A stretch of DNA of 64,000 nucleotides from assembly GCA_963842525.1 (NCBI GenBank), contig CAWJGT010000023.1:352001-416000 (forward strand), given 5' to 3'. Below are positions 35,485 through 44,778 of the stretch, one piece after another. How positions within the stretch are numbered: the stretch's first letter is position 1; each line of letters starts with the position of its first letter. A program made the translations under genes and the position numbers. Source of the stretch: an uncultured Holophagales bacterium. Lineage in GTDB: Bacteria; Acidobacteriota; Thermoanaerobaculia; Multivoradales; UBA5704. The notes under the pieces were generated by a model that worked only from the letters and a program-made list of their open reading frames with translations, had not been told where the DNA came from and did no database searches.

Positions 35485-36870
35485 ATGAGCCACCTTGTCC
35501 GATCCTGCACTCTTACGCTGCTCGCCTTCCTCGCCTTGGGAACCGCTCTGGCGGCCAACGATCTGGCTGAACGCCACTGGCCGCAGTGGCGCGGCCCGCG
35601 CGGCGACGGCGTCGCTCCCCACGGCGATCCGCCGACGACCTGGAGCGAGACGGCGAACGTCCGCTACAAGGTGGAGATCCCGGGCCGTGGCCACGCCTCG
35701 CCGGTGGTCTGGGGCGAACGCATCTACCTGCTGACGGCGATCGACGCCGAACCGCCGGCCCAGGCGGCGCCGGCCGAGGTGGCGCCAGCCGCCGGAGCGC
35801 CGGAGGCCGGAGCGCGCTCGTTCCGCGAGCGCGGCGTGGCTCCCGACCACGACCTGCGCTTCGTCGTCCTGGCGCTCGACCGCGCCACCGGCAAGACCGT
35901 CTGGGAGCGCGCGGTGGTCCGGGCGCGTCCGCACGAGGGCACCCACACCGACGGCACCTGGGCGTCGGCTTCGGCGATCGCCGACGGCGAGCGGGTCTGG
36001 GCGTTCTTCGGCTCGCGCGGGATCTACTGCCTGCGCAGCAGCGACGGCGAACCGCTCTGGCAGCACGACCTGGGCGACATGCAGACGCGCAATAGCTTTG
36101 GCGAGGGCGCTTCCCCGGTGCTCGCCGGCGACACCCTGGTGGTCAACTGGGATCACGAGGGCGAGAGCTTCGTCGTCGCCCTGGACGCCCGCACCGGCGC
36201 CGAGCGCTGGCGGGCCGCGCGCAACGAGCCCACCTCGTGGTCGACCCCGCACATCGTCGAGGTGGACGGCCAGCGGCAGGTTGTGGTCAACGCCACCGGC
36301 AAGGTGCGCTCCTACGATCTCGCCACCGGCAAGTTGATCTGGGAGGTGGGTGGGATGACGGCCAATGCCATCCCCACGCCGGTCTCGGCCGGCGGCCTGC
36401 TGTTCGTCACCAGCGGCTTCCGCGGCAACGCACTCAAGGCGATCCGGCTCGCCGGCGCGCGCGGTGACCTGACAGGCACCCTCGCGGTCGTCTGGAGCCA
36501 TGACCGCGACACGCCCTACGTGCCGTCGCCGTTGCTCTACGACGGCGTGCTCTATATCCTCAAGCACAACACCGGCATTCTGAGCGCCCTGGACGCCGCT
36601 ACCGGCAAGGTGCACTACGGCCCGGAGCGGCTGGAGGGAATCGAGGGCGTCTACGCGTCGCCGGTGGGCGCCGCGGGCCGCGTCTACGTCGCCGGCCGCA
36701 ACGGGGCCACCGCCGTCCTCGGCGCCGGCCCCGCGCTCAAGGTGCTGGCGCTCAATCGCCTCGACGACGGCTTCGAGGCCTCGCCGGCCGTCGTCGGCCG
36801 CGAGATCTACCTGCGCGGCCGGCGCCACCTCTACGCCATCGCCGAGCAGGCACCCACGGCCAAACGGTAA
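35485..36870 (+). CDS. Secreted PQQ-like beta-propeller repeat protein
   Basis: Signal peptide; WPQWRGP, GHASPVVWGERIYL, ALD..TG...W repeats, YASPV. Confidence 0.85.
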   Translation: MSHLVRSCTLTLLAFLALGTALAANDLAERHWPQWRGPRGDGVAPHGDPPTTWSETANVRYKVEIPGRGHASPVVWGERIYLLTAIDAEPPAQAAPAEVAPAAGAPEAGARSFRERGVAPDHDLRFVVLALDRATGKTVWERAVVRARPHEGTHTDGTWASASAIADGERVWAFFGSRGIYCLRSSDGEPLWQHDLGDMQTRNSFGEGASPVLAGDTLVVNWDHEGESFVVALDARTGAERWRAARNEPTSWSTPHIVEVDGQRQVVVNATGKVRSYDLATGKLIWEVGGMTANAIPTPVSAGGLLFVTSGFRGNALKAIRLAGARGDLTGTLAVVWSHDRDTPYVPSPLLYDGVLYILKHNTGILSALDAATGKVHYGPERLEGIEGVYASPVGAAGRVYVAGRNGATAVLGAGPALKVLALNRLDDGFEASPAVVGREIYLRGRRHLYAIAEQAPTAKR

Positions 36871-36994
36871 AGCAGCTCCGGGACGCGGCTTCTCGTCCCC
36901 CTCCGCTCACTGATCGCCCTCTATGAAGCGGCACCTCTGTGAGCGCGCCCGCGGGCGAGGGTTACAATCGGTTCTCGTGAGCACCGCCTCCGTC

Positions 36995-39327
36995 ATGAGC
37001 CGGGAGCACTGGGAGCGGACCGGCGAGCTGCTGGAGGGGGCTCTCGCCCTCCCGCCCGGCGAGCGGCCGGCCTACCTCGCCGCGGCCTGCGGCGGCGACG
37101 CGGACCTGCGCGCCGAGGTCGAGGAGCTGCTGGCGGTCGACCCCGGCCTGCTGGCCGGCCTCGAACGGCCGGCGCTCGACCTCACCGTCCCATCGTGCCC
37201 TCCCTGGCCCACTGTCCCGGGCTACGACCTGGTGCGCGAGATCGGCCGCGGCGGGGTCGGCGAGGTCTACGAGGGCCGGCCGGAGGGGGAGCCGCGCCGC
37301 GCCGTGGCGATCAAGGTGTTGAAGCGCGGCATGGACAGCGAGGAGGTCCTGGCCCGCTTCCGCGTCGAGCGGCAGGTCCTCGGCAACCTCAAGCACCCCA
37401 ACATCGTCCACCTCTTCGACGCCGGCCTGTGCGGCGATGGCCGCCCCTTCCTGGTGATGGAGCGGATCGAGGGGGAGCCGATCGACGGTTACGCGCGGCG
37501 GCACGGGCTCGACGCGCGGCGCATCCTGGGGCTCCTCCTCAAGGTCTGCGACGCGGTGCAGGTGGCGCACCGCAACCTGGTCGTCCACCGCGACCTCAAG
37601 CCGGGGAACATCCTGGTGGACGTGGCCGGGGAGCCGAAGCTGATCGACTTCGGCATCGCCAAGCTCCTCGAGCCGGGGTACGACGGGGCGGCGCCGGCCA
37701 CCCGGCTGGGCGGTCAGCCGATGACGTCCCTCTACGCCAGTCCGGAGCAACTCGCCGGCGGGCCGATCACCACCGCCACCGACGTCTATGCGCTCGGGGT
37801 GGTCCTCTGCGAGCTGCTGAGCGGCGAACGGCCCACGCCGGAAGGGGGTGTGCCCAGCGGGTTGCGGGGGGACCTCGCGGCGATCGCCGGCAAGGCCCTG
37901 CGCCACCGCCCCGAAGAGCGCTACGGCTCGGTCGCGGAGCTCGCCGACGACCTCCGCCGCCACCTGGCCGGGCTGCCGGTCGAAGCCCGGCCGCCGACCT
38001 GGGCCTACCGCGCCACCCGCTTCCTCTACCGGCGGCGCCGGGAATCGCTGGCGGCCGCGCTCTGCCTGCTGGCGCTCGCCGGCTACGAGGCGCGCCGGGT
38101 GGCCGAGCACCGGCGACTCACGGCCCAGCTCGAACGGACGGGGCGCCTGGCCCGCTTCCTGGGCCAGGTCATAGCTCCCCCCAACCTTTGGCGGGAGGGG
38201 CGGAGCGAGCTGACGGTGCGGGAGATCCTCGACCGCGGACGGAAGAAGATCGAGGGTGAGCTCGCCGCCGAGCCGGAAGCTTCCAGGCGATCGCCCTCAC
38301 CTCGATCGGCGAGGCCTACCTCCGGATCGGCCTCTACCGCGAGGCCGAGGAGGCGCTGGACACCGCCCTCGAAGTCCGCCGCAAGGCCCTCGGCCCGGAG
38401 CATGCGCTGGTCGCCGACAGTCTGGAGGTGAAGTCGGGGCTCAAGGTCCACCGGGGGCGGTTCGCCGAGGCCGAAAAGCTGCTGCGCGAGGCCTACGCCC
38501 TGCGCCTGCGGGTCTTGCGGGCGGAAGACCCGCGCTTGACCAACACCGTGGTCGGGCTGGCCGCGCTGCGCATGGACCGCGGGCACTACGGAGAGGCGGA
38601 GAGCAGCTTCCGCGAGGCGCTGGTGCGGCTGAAAGAGGCCGGAGAAGGGGGGACCAAGGCCGAGGCGGCGGTGCGCGGCAACCTGGCGCTCTGCCTCTTC
38701 TACCGCGGGCGCCTGGCCGCGGCGGAGGGCGAGGCGCGGACGGCCCTCGCCCTCTCGCTGCGCCACCTGGAGACCGGGCACCCCCAGATCTCGGCCCACT
38801 GGACGGCCCTGGCGCGGGTCCTGGCGGCGCAGGGGGAGTGGGCGGCGGCGCGCGGGCTGGTGGAGCTTGCCTGGACGGTGGTCGAGCGCCGGCATGGCGA
38901 GGAGCATCCGGCCTCCGCCCGGCTTCTGACCCTGCGCTCCCAGATCGCGGCCGGGGAGGGGGACCTCCCCCGGGCGGACCGGCTCGCCTCCCGCGCCCTC
39001 GCGGTCTGGCGCCGGAACGCCGGCTCCGAGCTCCATCCGGACGCGGCCTCGACCCTCGCCACCCTGGCCGGCATCCGGCGCCGGCACGGACGGCTCGGCG
39101 AGGCGCTGCCGCTGGCCTCCGAGGCCGTCGCCCTGCGACTGCGGAGCCTGGGGCCGGACCACCCGGACCTCGCGGGCGCCCTCCTGGAGCTGGCCCGGGT
39201 GCGGCGCGCCCAGGGGGCCGGAGCCGAGGCGGCGCCGCTGGTCGAGCGGGCACGCGGCATCCTCCTGCGCGGCGGCCTCGCGGACCACCCCTGGCTCGCC
39301 GAGCTGGCGGCGCTCAAGGCCGGCTGA
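36995..39327 (+). CDS. Membrane Ser/Thr protein kinase with C-terminal TPRs, frameshift near 38285
   Basis: IGRGGVGEVY, AIKVL, HRDLKPGN, DFGIAK, YASPEQ; TPR repeats ending LGPDHP. Confidence 0.9.
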
Positions 39328-39923
39328 GCTCGCGCGCCAGCCAGCGCTTGGCCGTCGTCCAGTCCCGCTCGACCGAGGCCCGCGACAGGTCCAGCACGCC
39401 GGCGATCTCCTCCACCGTCAACCCCGTGAAGTAGCGCAGCTCGACCACCCGGGCCGGGCGCGGATCGATCGCCGCCAGCCGGCCGAGCGCCTCGTCGAGG
39501 GCGAGGACGAGGGCCGGCGGCAGGCCGCGCTCCACCGCCGGGTCGAGGCCCGCCTCCAGGGCCAGCGGGGGGACGCCGCTGCCGCGCTTCGCCGCCAGGC
39601 GCGCCCGCGCGTGGTCGACCAGGATCTCGCGCATCAGGCGCGAAGCGCAGGCGAAGAACTGGGCCCGGTCGAGCGGCCCGGCCGAGCCTCCCGCCCACCA
39701 GCCGGAGGTAGACCTCGTTGACCAGCGCCGTCGGCTGCAGGATGTGCCCCGGCGCCTCCCGCGCCAGATAGAGGCGGGCCAGGCGCCTGAGCTCCTCGAC
39801 CACCAGCGGCATGAGCCGGGCCAGCGCCTCGTCGTCCCCCTGCCGCCAGCGGACGAGGACATCGGTGATCGAGAGGCCGGAAGGAGTCTGGAGGTGCGGG
39901 AGGGGCGGGCGCTCGAGGGGCAT
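39314..39923 (-). CDS. ECF sigma factor (TIGR02999-like, kinase-associated), frameshift near 39690
   Basis: HILQPTALVNEVYLRL, MREILVDHARARLAAKRG, VVELRYFTGLTVEEIA, RDWTTAKRWL. Confidence 0.85.
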
Positions 39924-40009
39924 GAGGGGTTTTACGGGCGGATTCCGCAAAGGGTTCCAGGACCGGGCCCGGAGCGCAGCTCCAGCCCATTTTCCCAAGG
40001 AGAGTGAAC

Positions 40010-41609
40010 ATGTTTCGATCCGCCGGCGTCCGCATCCTGTTCCTGCCGTCCCTCGTGTTCCTGGCCCTCGCGGGCTCGCGGGCGGAAGGGCAGCTCTATC
40101 TCCCCTTCGACGCCAACCAGACCTGGTACGTCTGCCAGGGGTACCTGGGTACCGCCTCGGGTACCCACAACAACAAGCACGCCCTCGACCTCACGCTCAA
40201 TCCGGACGGGATCGGCACGGCCGGCTGCGACGGCAATCAGAACTACTCCGCAGGCCAGCCGGTCCTGGCTCCCGGCAAGGGGACGGTGACTCACCGGGAC
40301 TATGAGATGCAGACCTGCCCGCCTGAAGAAGAAATCGACGATGGGGTGTGCGACGAAGTGTGCGATTGCACGTGCATCGAGATCTGGACCAGGGACCTGA
40401 TCTGCCTCAACCTGGACGTCGGAGGGAGCCTGGTGATCGGCCACTTCGCCCCCGGCAGCCGCGTGCCGCAGGGGCAGGTCGAGGCCGGGGTCGTCCTGGG
40501 CACGCTGGCGGTTCAATCCGACCGCTGCAGCAACGACGGGATCCACAACGGCGAGTACGCCCACATCCACATCGCGGCCTACGAGAGCGACGACTGCAGC
40601 GGCGATTCGACGACCCCCTTCAGCGGAGACACCTATGGGTTCTGGGGCGTCCCTGACCTGCCGGACATGTCCGACCGGTCCGGGCTGCCCCAATTATTCC
40701 GCAACCACTGGTTCGGCACCGGCCTGAGCAACCTCGAGGTCCAGGGGGATTGGGACGACGCGGGCCACCTGGGGACCGAGACCGACTGCGACGAAGGCCA
40801 CGGCTTCAACGAGGTCTATTTCGGGCACTGCCCCTCGGGCGACGAGATCATCAGCGGCTTCCGCTTCGAGAACCTGCCGGTCGGGAGCGGGACCTACATC
40901 TCCTCGGCCGCCATGGTCCTCACCGCCGACGGACCCTACTGCTCGTCGCTCGACGTCAAGATCTCGGCCGAGAAAGGCATGTACGCAGAGCCCTTCGTCA
41001 GCTTCAAGATGCCATCCGACCGCATCGACTGGACCTACGGCGAAGTTGTCTGGACGATCGACGAAGACTGGGATCTCGGCGACATCGTCGAGACTCCGGA
41101 GCTCCGCTCCACCCTGCAGCCGATCGTCAGACCTTCGTCCTGGCCGCGCGATTTTAACAGCGTGGCCTTCCTGACCCAGCCGAACGGGTACAAGCGGAAC
41201 CTCCCATCGCCGGGTGACGGCCTGGGAGCGGGCTCAGTTCCAGCCCGTCCATCTGCCGCCGCGCCTGGTGGTGACCCAGTTCCGCACTCTTTCGCCGTTG
41301 GACGACTGGAAGGGGAACAATCCGCCGATCGCCAACGCCGGACCGGACCAGCTCTACTCGGGCTCCGGCATCCGCATCGACCTCGACGGACGGGATAGCT
41401 CAGACCCGGACCAGCAGGCGATCGCCTACTCCTGGGCCCAGGTCGATGGCCCTCCGGTGACGCTCCACGACTCGCTCACTTCCACCCCCTGGTTCGTCAC
41501 CGGCCTGGTGGCGGACTTCTACGAATTCGAGCTCACCGTGACCGACGACGGCTGGGGGGAGCTGCTCACCCGCGACACCGTAACCGTCACCTTCGACACG
41601 ACACCGTAA
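40010..41609 (+). CDS. Secreted Cys-rich protein with an M23-like N-terminal domain and a C-terminal PKD-like domain, frameshift near 41200
   Basis: Signal peptide; LPF...WYVCQGY, HALDL, GQPVLAP..GTV, HIH; NNPPIANAGPDQ...LDGRDSSDPD...YSWAQ. Confidence 0.6.
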
Positions 41610-41743
41610 GCGTCACCCGAGAATAGGTGCCTGGGGATTCCACGGGACGCGAGCTGTAGGCGGTGGCGCGCAACGTGCACCGGAACCAAGCGGTACCAGG
41701 GAGCAAACGAGTTGCTCCCCCTACGCTCTGAAGGGAGTGACCG

Positions 41744-42220
41744 ATGACCGAAGCGATGACCGAAGCGATGACCGAGCCGGTGGACGAGCAACTGCAGGCG
41801 ACGCCGAGCGCCGAGGCGCGGGCTGACCAGCCGCAGCCGCTCGAGCTGGGCGAGTTGATGGTGGCGCTCACCGCAGACGATGTCGAGCGCAGCTTGCACT
41901 TTTATGCCGATGGATTGGGGTTCACCGTCGAAGAGCGCATGGAGAAGGACGGCAAGCTGCTCGGCGTGATGCTCGTCGCCGGGGCATGCCACCTCGGGCT
42001 GTCGCAGGATGACTGGGGAAAGGGGCGCGATCGGAAGAAGGGGATCGGGTTCCGCATGTTCGTCGACACGATGGACCAGGACCTCGACGCGCTGGCGGCG
42101 AGGTTCCGCGAGCAGGGCATCGAGGTCGATGGCCCCAAGACCGAGTCGTGGGGCGAGCGGGCGCTGACGGTGGAGGACCCGGACGGGTTCAAGCTGACCC
42201 TGAACCGCAAGCCTTCCTGA
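41744..42220 (+). CDS. VOC/glyoxalase family protein
   Basis: DVERSLHFYADGLGF, SWGERALTVEDPDGFKL; start lies in a 12-bp ATGACCGAAGCG repeat. Confidence 0.85.
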   Translation: MTEAMTEAMTEPVDEQLQATPSAEARADQPQPLELGELMVALTADDVERSLHFYADGLGFTVEERMEKDGKLLGVMLVAGACHLGLSQDDWGKGRDRKKGIGFRMFVDTMDQDLDALAARFREQGIEVDGPKTESWGERALTVEDPDGFKLTLNRKPS

Positions 42221-42509
42221 GCCGGGCCGACTCTCACGCCGAGGGCGCTCGTCGGCACCGTGCTCCTCGTCGCCGCGGCGCTCCGCAGGGTCCCCGTCGC
42301 CTGGCCGCAATGGGCCAAGGCCGCGGCCTACGGAATCGGCACGATGGCCACTTTCTGGTTCCTGCAGAGAGAGCCGCCTCGCTGATGTGATCAGCGGTTT
42401 CTGCCTGCGCGCTGGCTCGCCATGGACTGGAGGCCGCACTCTTTTAGGTGAGGGCCACGTGGGCCCTCACCCGAACGATGCAGCGTTCTCCCTATGGAGG
42501 ATCGGCGAC

Positions 42510-42686
42510 GTGAAAAAACAGCGGCCTGTCAAGAAACTACAGCTCAGCAGCGAGACCCTGCTCCGTCTCAACCAGCTCCCGCTCGTGCAAGGCGGAGGGT
42601 TCGCGGGCACCCTGACCTTCGAGGGGACCTGCGAGAACTCCCTTTGCCCTGTTTGCACGGAGCTGTGCACCGGCGACACGCAGTAA
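42510..42686 (+). CDS. Orphan lanthipeptide-like precursor 3 (58 aa)
   Basis: GTG start with GGAGG RBS; MKKQRPVKKLQLSSETLLRLNQLPLVQGG-GFAGTLTFEGTCENSLCPVCTELCTGDTQ. Confidence 0.7.
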   Translation: MKKQRPVKKLQLSSETLLRLNQLPLVQGGGFAGTLTFEGTCENSLCPVCTELCTGDTQ

Positions 42687-42727
42687 CGGAGGCACTCATA
42701 GATGTAGATATTGATGGAGGAAAACGA

Positions 42728-43006
42728 ATGCGACTCACCTACTCGAACCCGTCCATCCGGCGTCTGGCGCTCGTGCTCGCGCTGGCGCTCGCCTCCTCGG
42801 CACTCGTGCTGCTCGTTCCCGGTACCGCCAGCGCGGCCTGCGCTTACGATTTAGAGGTCCGGACCTACTACTACAGCGACCCGGAGCTGACCAACTTCGT
42901 CGGCCAGTGCTTCAAGGCCTGTTGGTCGGGGACGACCTGCAGCGGCGAGCAGACCGAATACTCCCAGATCGTGAGCGTGCGTATGTGCCCCCCGCTCTGC
43001 CAGTAG
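42728..43006 (+). CDS. Small secreted Cys-rich protein (DUF6289-like)
   Basis: Signal peptide; YYSDPELTNFVGQC..AC.....CSGEQTEY. Confidence 0.65.
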   Translation: MRLTYSNPSIRRLALVLALALASSALVLLVPGTASAACAYDLEVRTYYYSDPELTNFVGQCFKACWSGTTCSGEQTEYSQIVSVRMCPPLCQ

Positions 43007-43096
43007 CCACCGGGCGCGGACCGGGGCGGGTGCCAACGTTGAGAGCGCCCCGCGTCCTACGCCCATAGGTGCCAGGGGAACATCCGGGGAAGGCCG

Positions 43097-43190
43097 CGGG
43101 AAGCGGCGGACAAGCTCAAGGCTGGCGATCGCAATGCCCGGTTTCCGACAGGGAGCTTTCCACCTCATCTGCCGTTCGTCAGCGATCAGC
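43097..43190 (+). pseudogene. Possible C-terminal remnant of a Y1/RAYT-like transposase
   Basis: Reads REAADKLKAGDRNARFPTGSFPPHLPFV, resembling the FP.G.FPP tail of such transposases (from recall only). Confidence 0.4.
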
Positions 43191-43224
43191 CTCCCCAAAC
43201 AACTCTTGACGGGACCTCTATCTT

Positions 43225-43930
43225 GGAGAGCTTGTATCGTCTTGGCGGAGCTTACGGCGTCTCCGGGCAAGCTTGCGTTGTCTGGGCGGAGCCTGCGTTG
43301 CTTCAGCGAAGCTTGCGCCGGCTCGTCGCGAGCTTCTGGCGCCTTGGCGGAGCTTGTGTCGTCTCGGCGGAGCCTGCGGCGTCTCAGTGCAAGCTTAGGT
43401 TGTCTTGGCGGAGCTTGCGTTGTTTCAGCGGAGCTTGCGCCGGCTCGTCGCAAGCTTGTTTCGTCTTGGCGGAGCTTGTGTCGGCTTGGCGGAGCTTGCG
43501 GCGTCTCAGTGCAAGCTTACGTTGTCTTGGCGGAGCTTGCGTTACCTCAGCGGAGCTTACGCCGGCTCAGCGTAAGCCCCGCTGGCCCGATGTAAGCTCC
43601 GCTACGCCAGTGTAAGCTTACATCGGCTCAACGTAAGCTCCGTCAGGCCGTTGTAAGCTCCGCTGGCTCAATGCAAGCTTACGCTGGCTCAGCGTAAGCT
43701 CCGCTGGCCCGATGTAAGCTCCGCTACGCCAGTGTAAGCTTACATCGGCTCAACGTAAGCTCCGCCAGGCCGTTGTAAGCTCCGCTGGCTCGATGCAAGC
43801 TTACGCTGGCTCAGCGTAAGCTCCGCTGGCCCGATGTAAGCTCCGCTACGCCGGTGTAAGCTTACATCGGCTCAACGTAAGCTCCGCCAGGCCGTTGCAA
43901 GCTCCGCTGGCTCGATGCAAGCTTACGGCG
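43225..43930. repeat. Mirror-symmetric array of 35 AGCT-centred cores at 20/20/21-bp spacing (61-bp and 122-bp higher-order periods)
   Basis: Cores at 43229, 249, 270, 290, 310, 331 ... 880, 900, 920; left arm GCGGAGCTTRC, right arm GTAAGCTCCGC. Confidence 0.95.
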
Positions 43931-43950
43931 GCTCAGTCTGGGACCTCGGA

Positions 43951-43976
43951 CGGGGCGGGGGAAAAACCCCGCCCCG
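43951..43976. terminator. GC-rich hairpin downstream of the 44005-44520 gene
   Basis: CGGGGCGGGG-GAAAAA-CCCCGCCCCG, a perfect 10-bp stem; no clear U-tract. Confidence 0.45.
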
Positions 43977-44004
43977 CCGCAGGGACTTGCAGGAATCCGG
44001 GGCC

Positions 44005-44520
44005 TCAGCCCAACGGTGCGAGCGCTCGGGCCAGCGCGATCCTGCCGCTGTGCTCCAGGGCGATCCCGCCAGCCGCGTCGTACAGCCAGGAAAGATCCCG
44101 GGGCGCCGAGAGCAGCGCGTCCACGACGTTCAAGGCTGCGGCCACCTCCTCGTCGAAGAGCCGGAGGTGACCGACCCGCTCGCCGGAGCGGAAGAGCGGA
44201 AAGCCGTGCTCGTCCGGGTCCGGGCCAAGCCGGTACCGGCGCTCCCGGCCCGTGCCGGGAAGGATCGCCGCGGCGAGCTGCGCGACGTCGAGACGGTTGA
44301 GGATGGCGAAAGGTGCGTCGCGGTCGAGGCTCTCGCCCTCGCGCAGCAGGGCGAGCCAGCCGGACCTGGTGGCTTCGAGACGCCACGGCCCGGCCGTGTC
44401 GGCCTCGCCCGCGGTCAGGGGCTCGTCGCGCTCGGCGAGGAGCGCGAGGTACTCGGAAGTGAAAACCTGGGTGGGAACAGCAGCGGACGGACGGGTGCTA
44501 CCATCAACAGAGTTGCGCAT
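44005..44520 (-). CDS. Hypothetical protein (171 aa)
   Basis: ATG with AAAGGAG RBS; GC3-rich codon use; ERDEPLTAGEADTAGPW motif; no recognised domain. Confidence 0.75.
   Translation of the reverse strand: MRNSVDGSTRPSAAVPTQVFTSEYLALLAERDEPLTAGEADTAGPWRLEATRSGWLALLREGESLDRDAPFAILNRLDVAQLAAAILPGTGRERRYRLGPDPDEHGFPLFRSGERVGHLRLFDEEVAAALNVVDALLSAPRDLSWLYDAAGGIALEHSGRIALARALAPLG
44496..44504 (+). promoter_or_regulatory. Extended -10 promoter element, antisense to the 44005-44520 gene
   Basis: TGCTACCAT (TGn-TAnnaT) inside codons 6-9 of the opposite-strand gene. Confidence 0.5.
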
Positions 44521-44592
44521 GGGACGTTGACTCCTTTGCGTGACAGGGCTCGGGTGAGCTTCCGACTCACTCGGGCCCGCCTTCCTGGTTTT
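44511..44592 (+). ncRNA. Putative cis-antisense sRNA (~80 nt) covering the start codon and RBS
   Basis: Follows the -10 element; contains anti-RBS CTCCTTT; ends in a 13-bp hairpin (44546-44578) fully paired only on the + strand via two G-U pairs. Confidence 0.5.
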
Positions 44593-44778
44593 CAGCTCTG
44601 GCCGGAACCGCTCCGGCCGCATCAGCCAAAGACACTGCGGGTCCTTTTCAGATCCGTCTCGGGATTCCTGTCGCCTCACCTCCTCTCGCGGGTTGTTGCG
44701 CTGTACTACTGCCCCCGAGAGTAGGAGAAAAAATAGCGGGAGTCAATACTTCCCGCGCACTTCTCAAGACTCAGAGAT

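Noticed and set aside
43134-43615. ORFs running through the array
   Set aside because: The 61-bp period cycles through frames, giving the same low-complexity peptides in every frame; no RBS.
43225-43930. CRISPR or TIGR-type guide array
   Set aside because: Cores are ~11 bp and linkers ~9-10 bp; linkers recur with the 122-bp period instead of being unique; no cas or Nop-domain gene is present.
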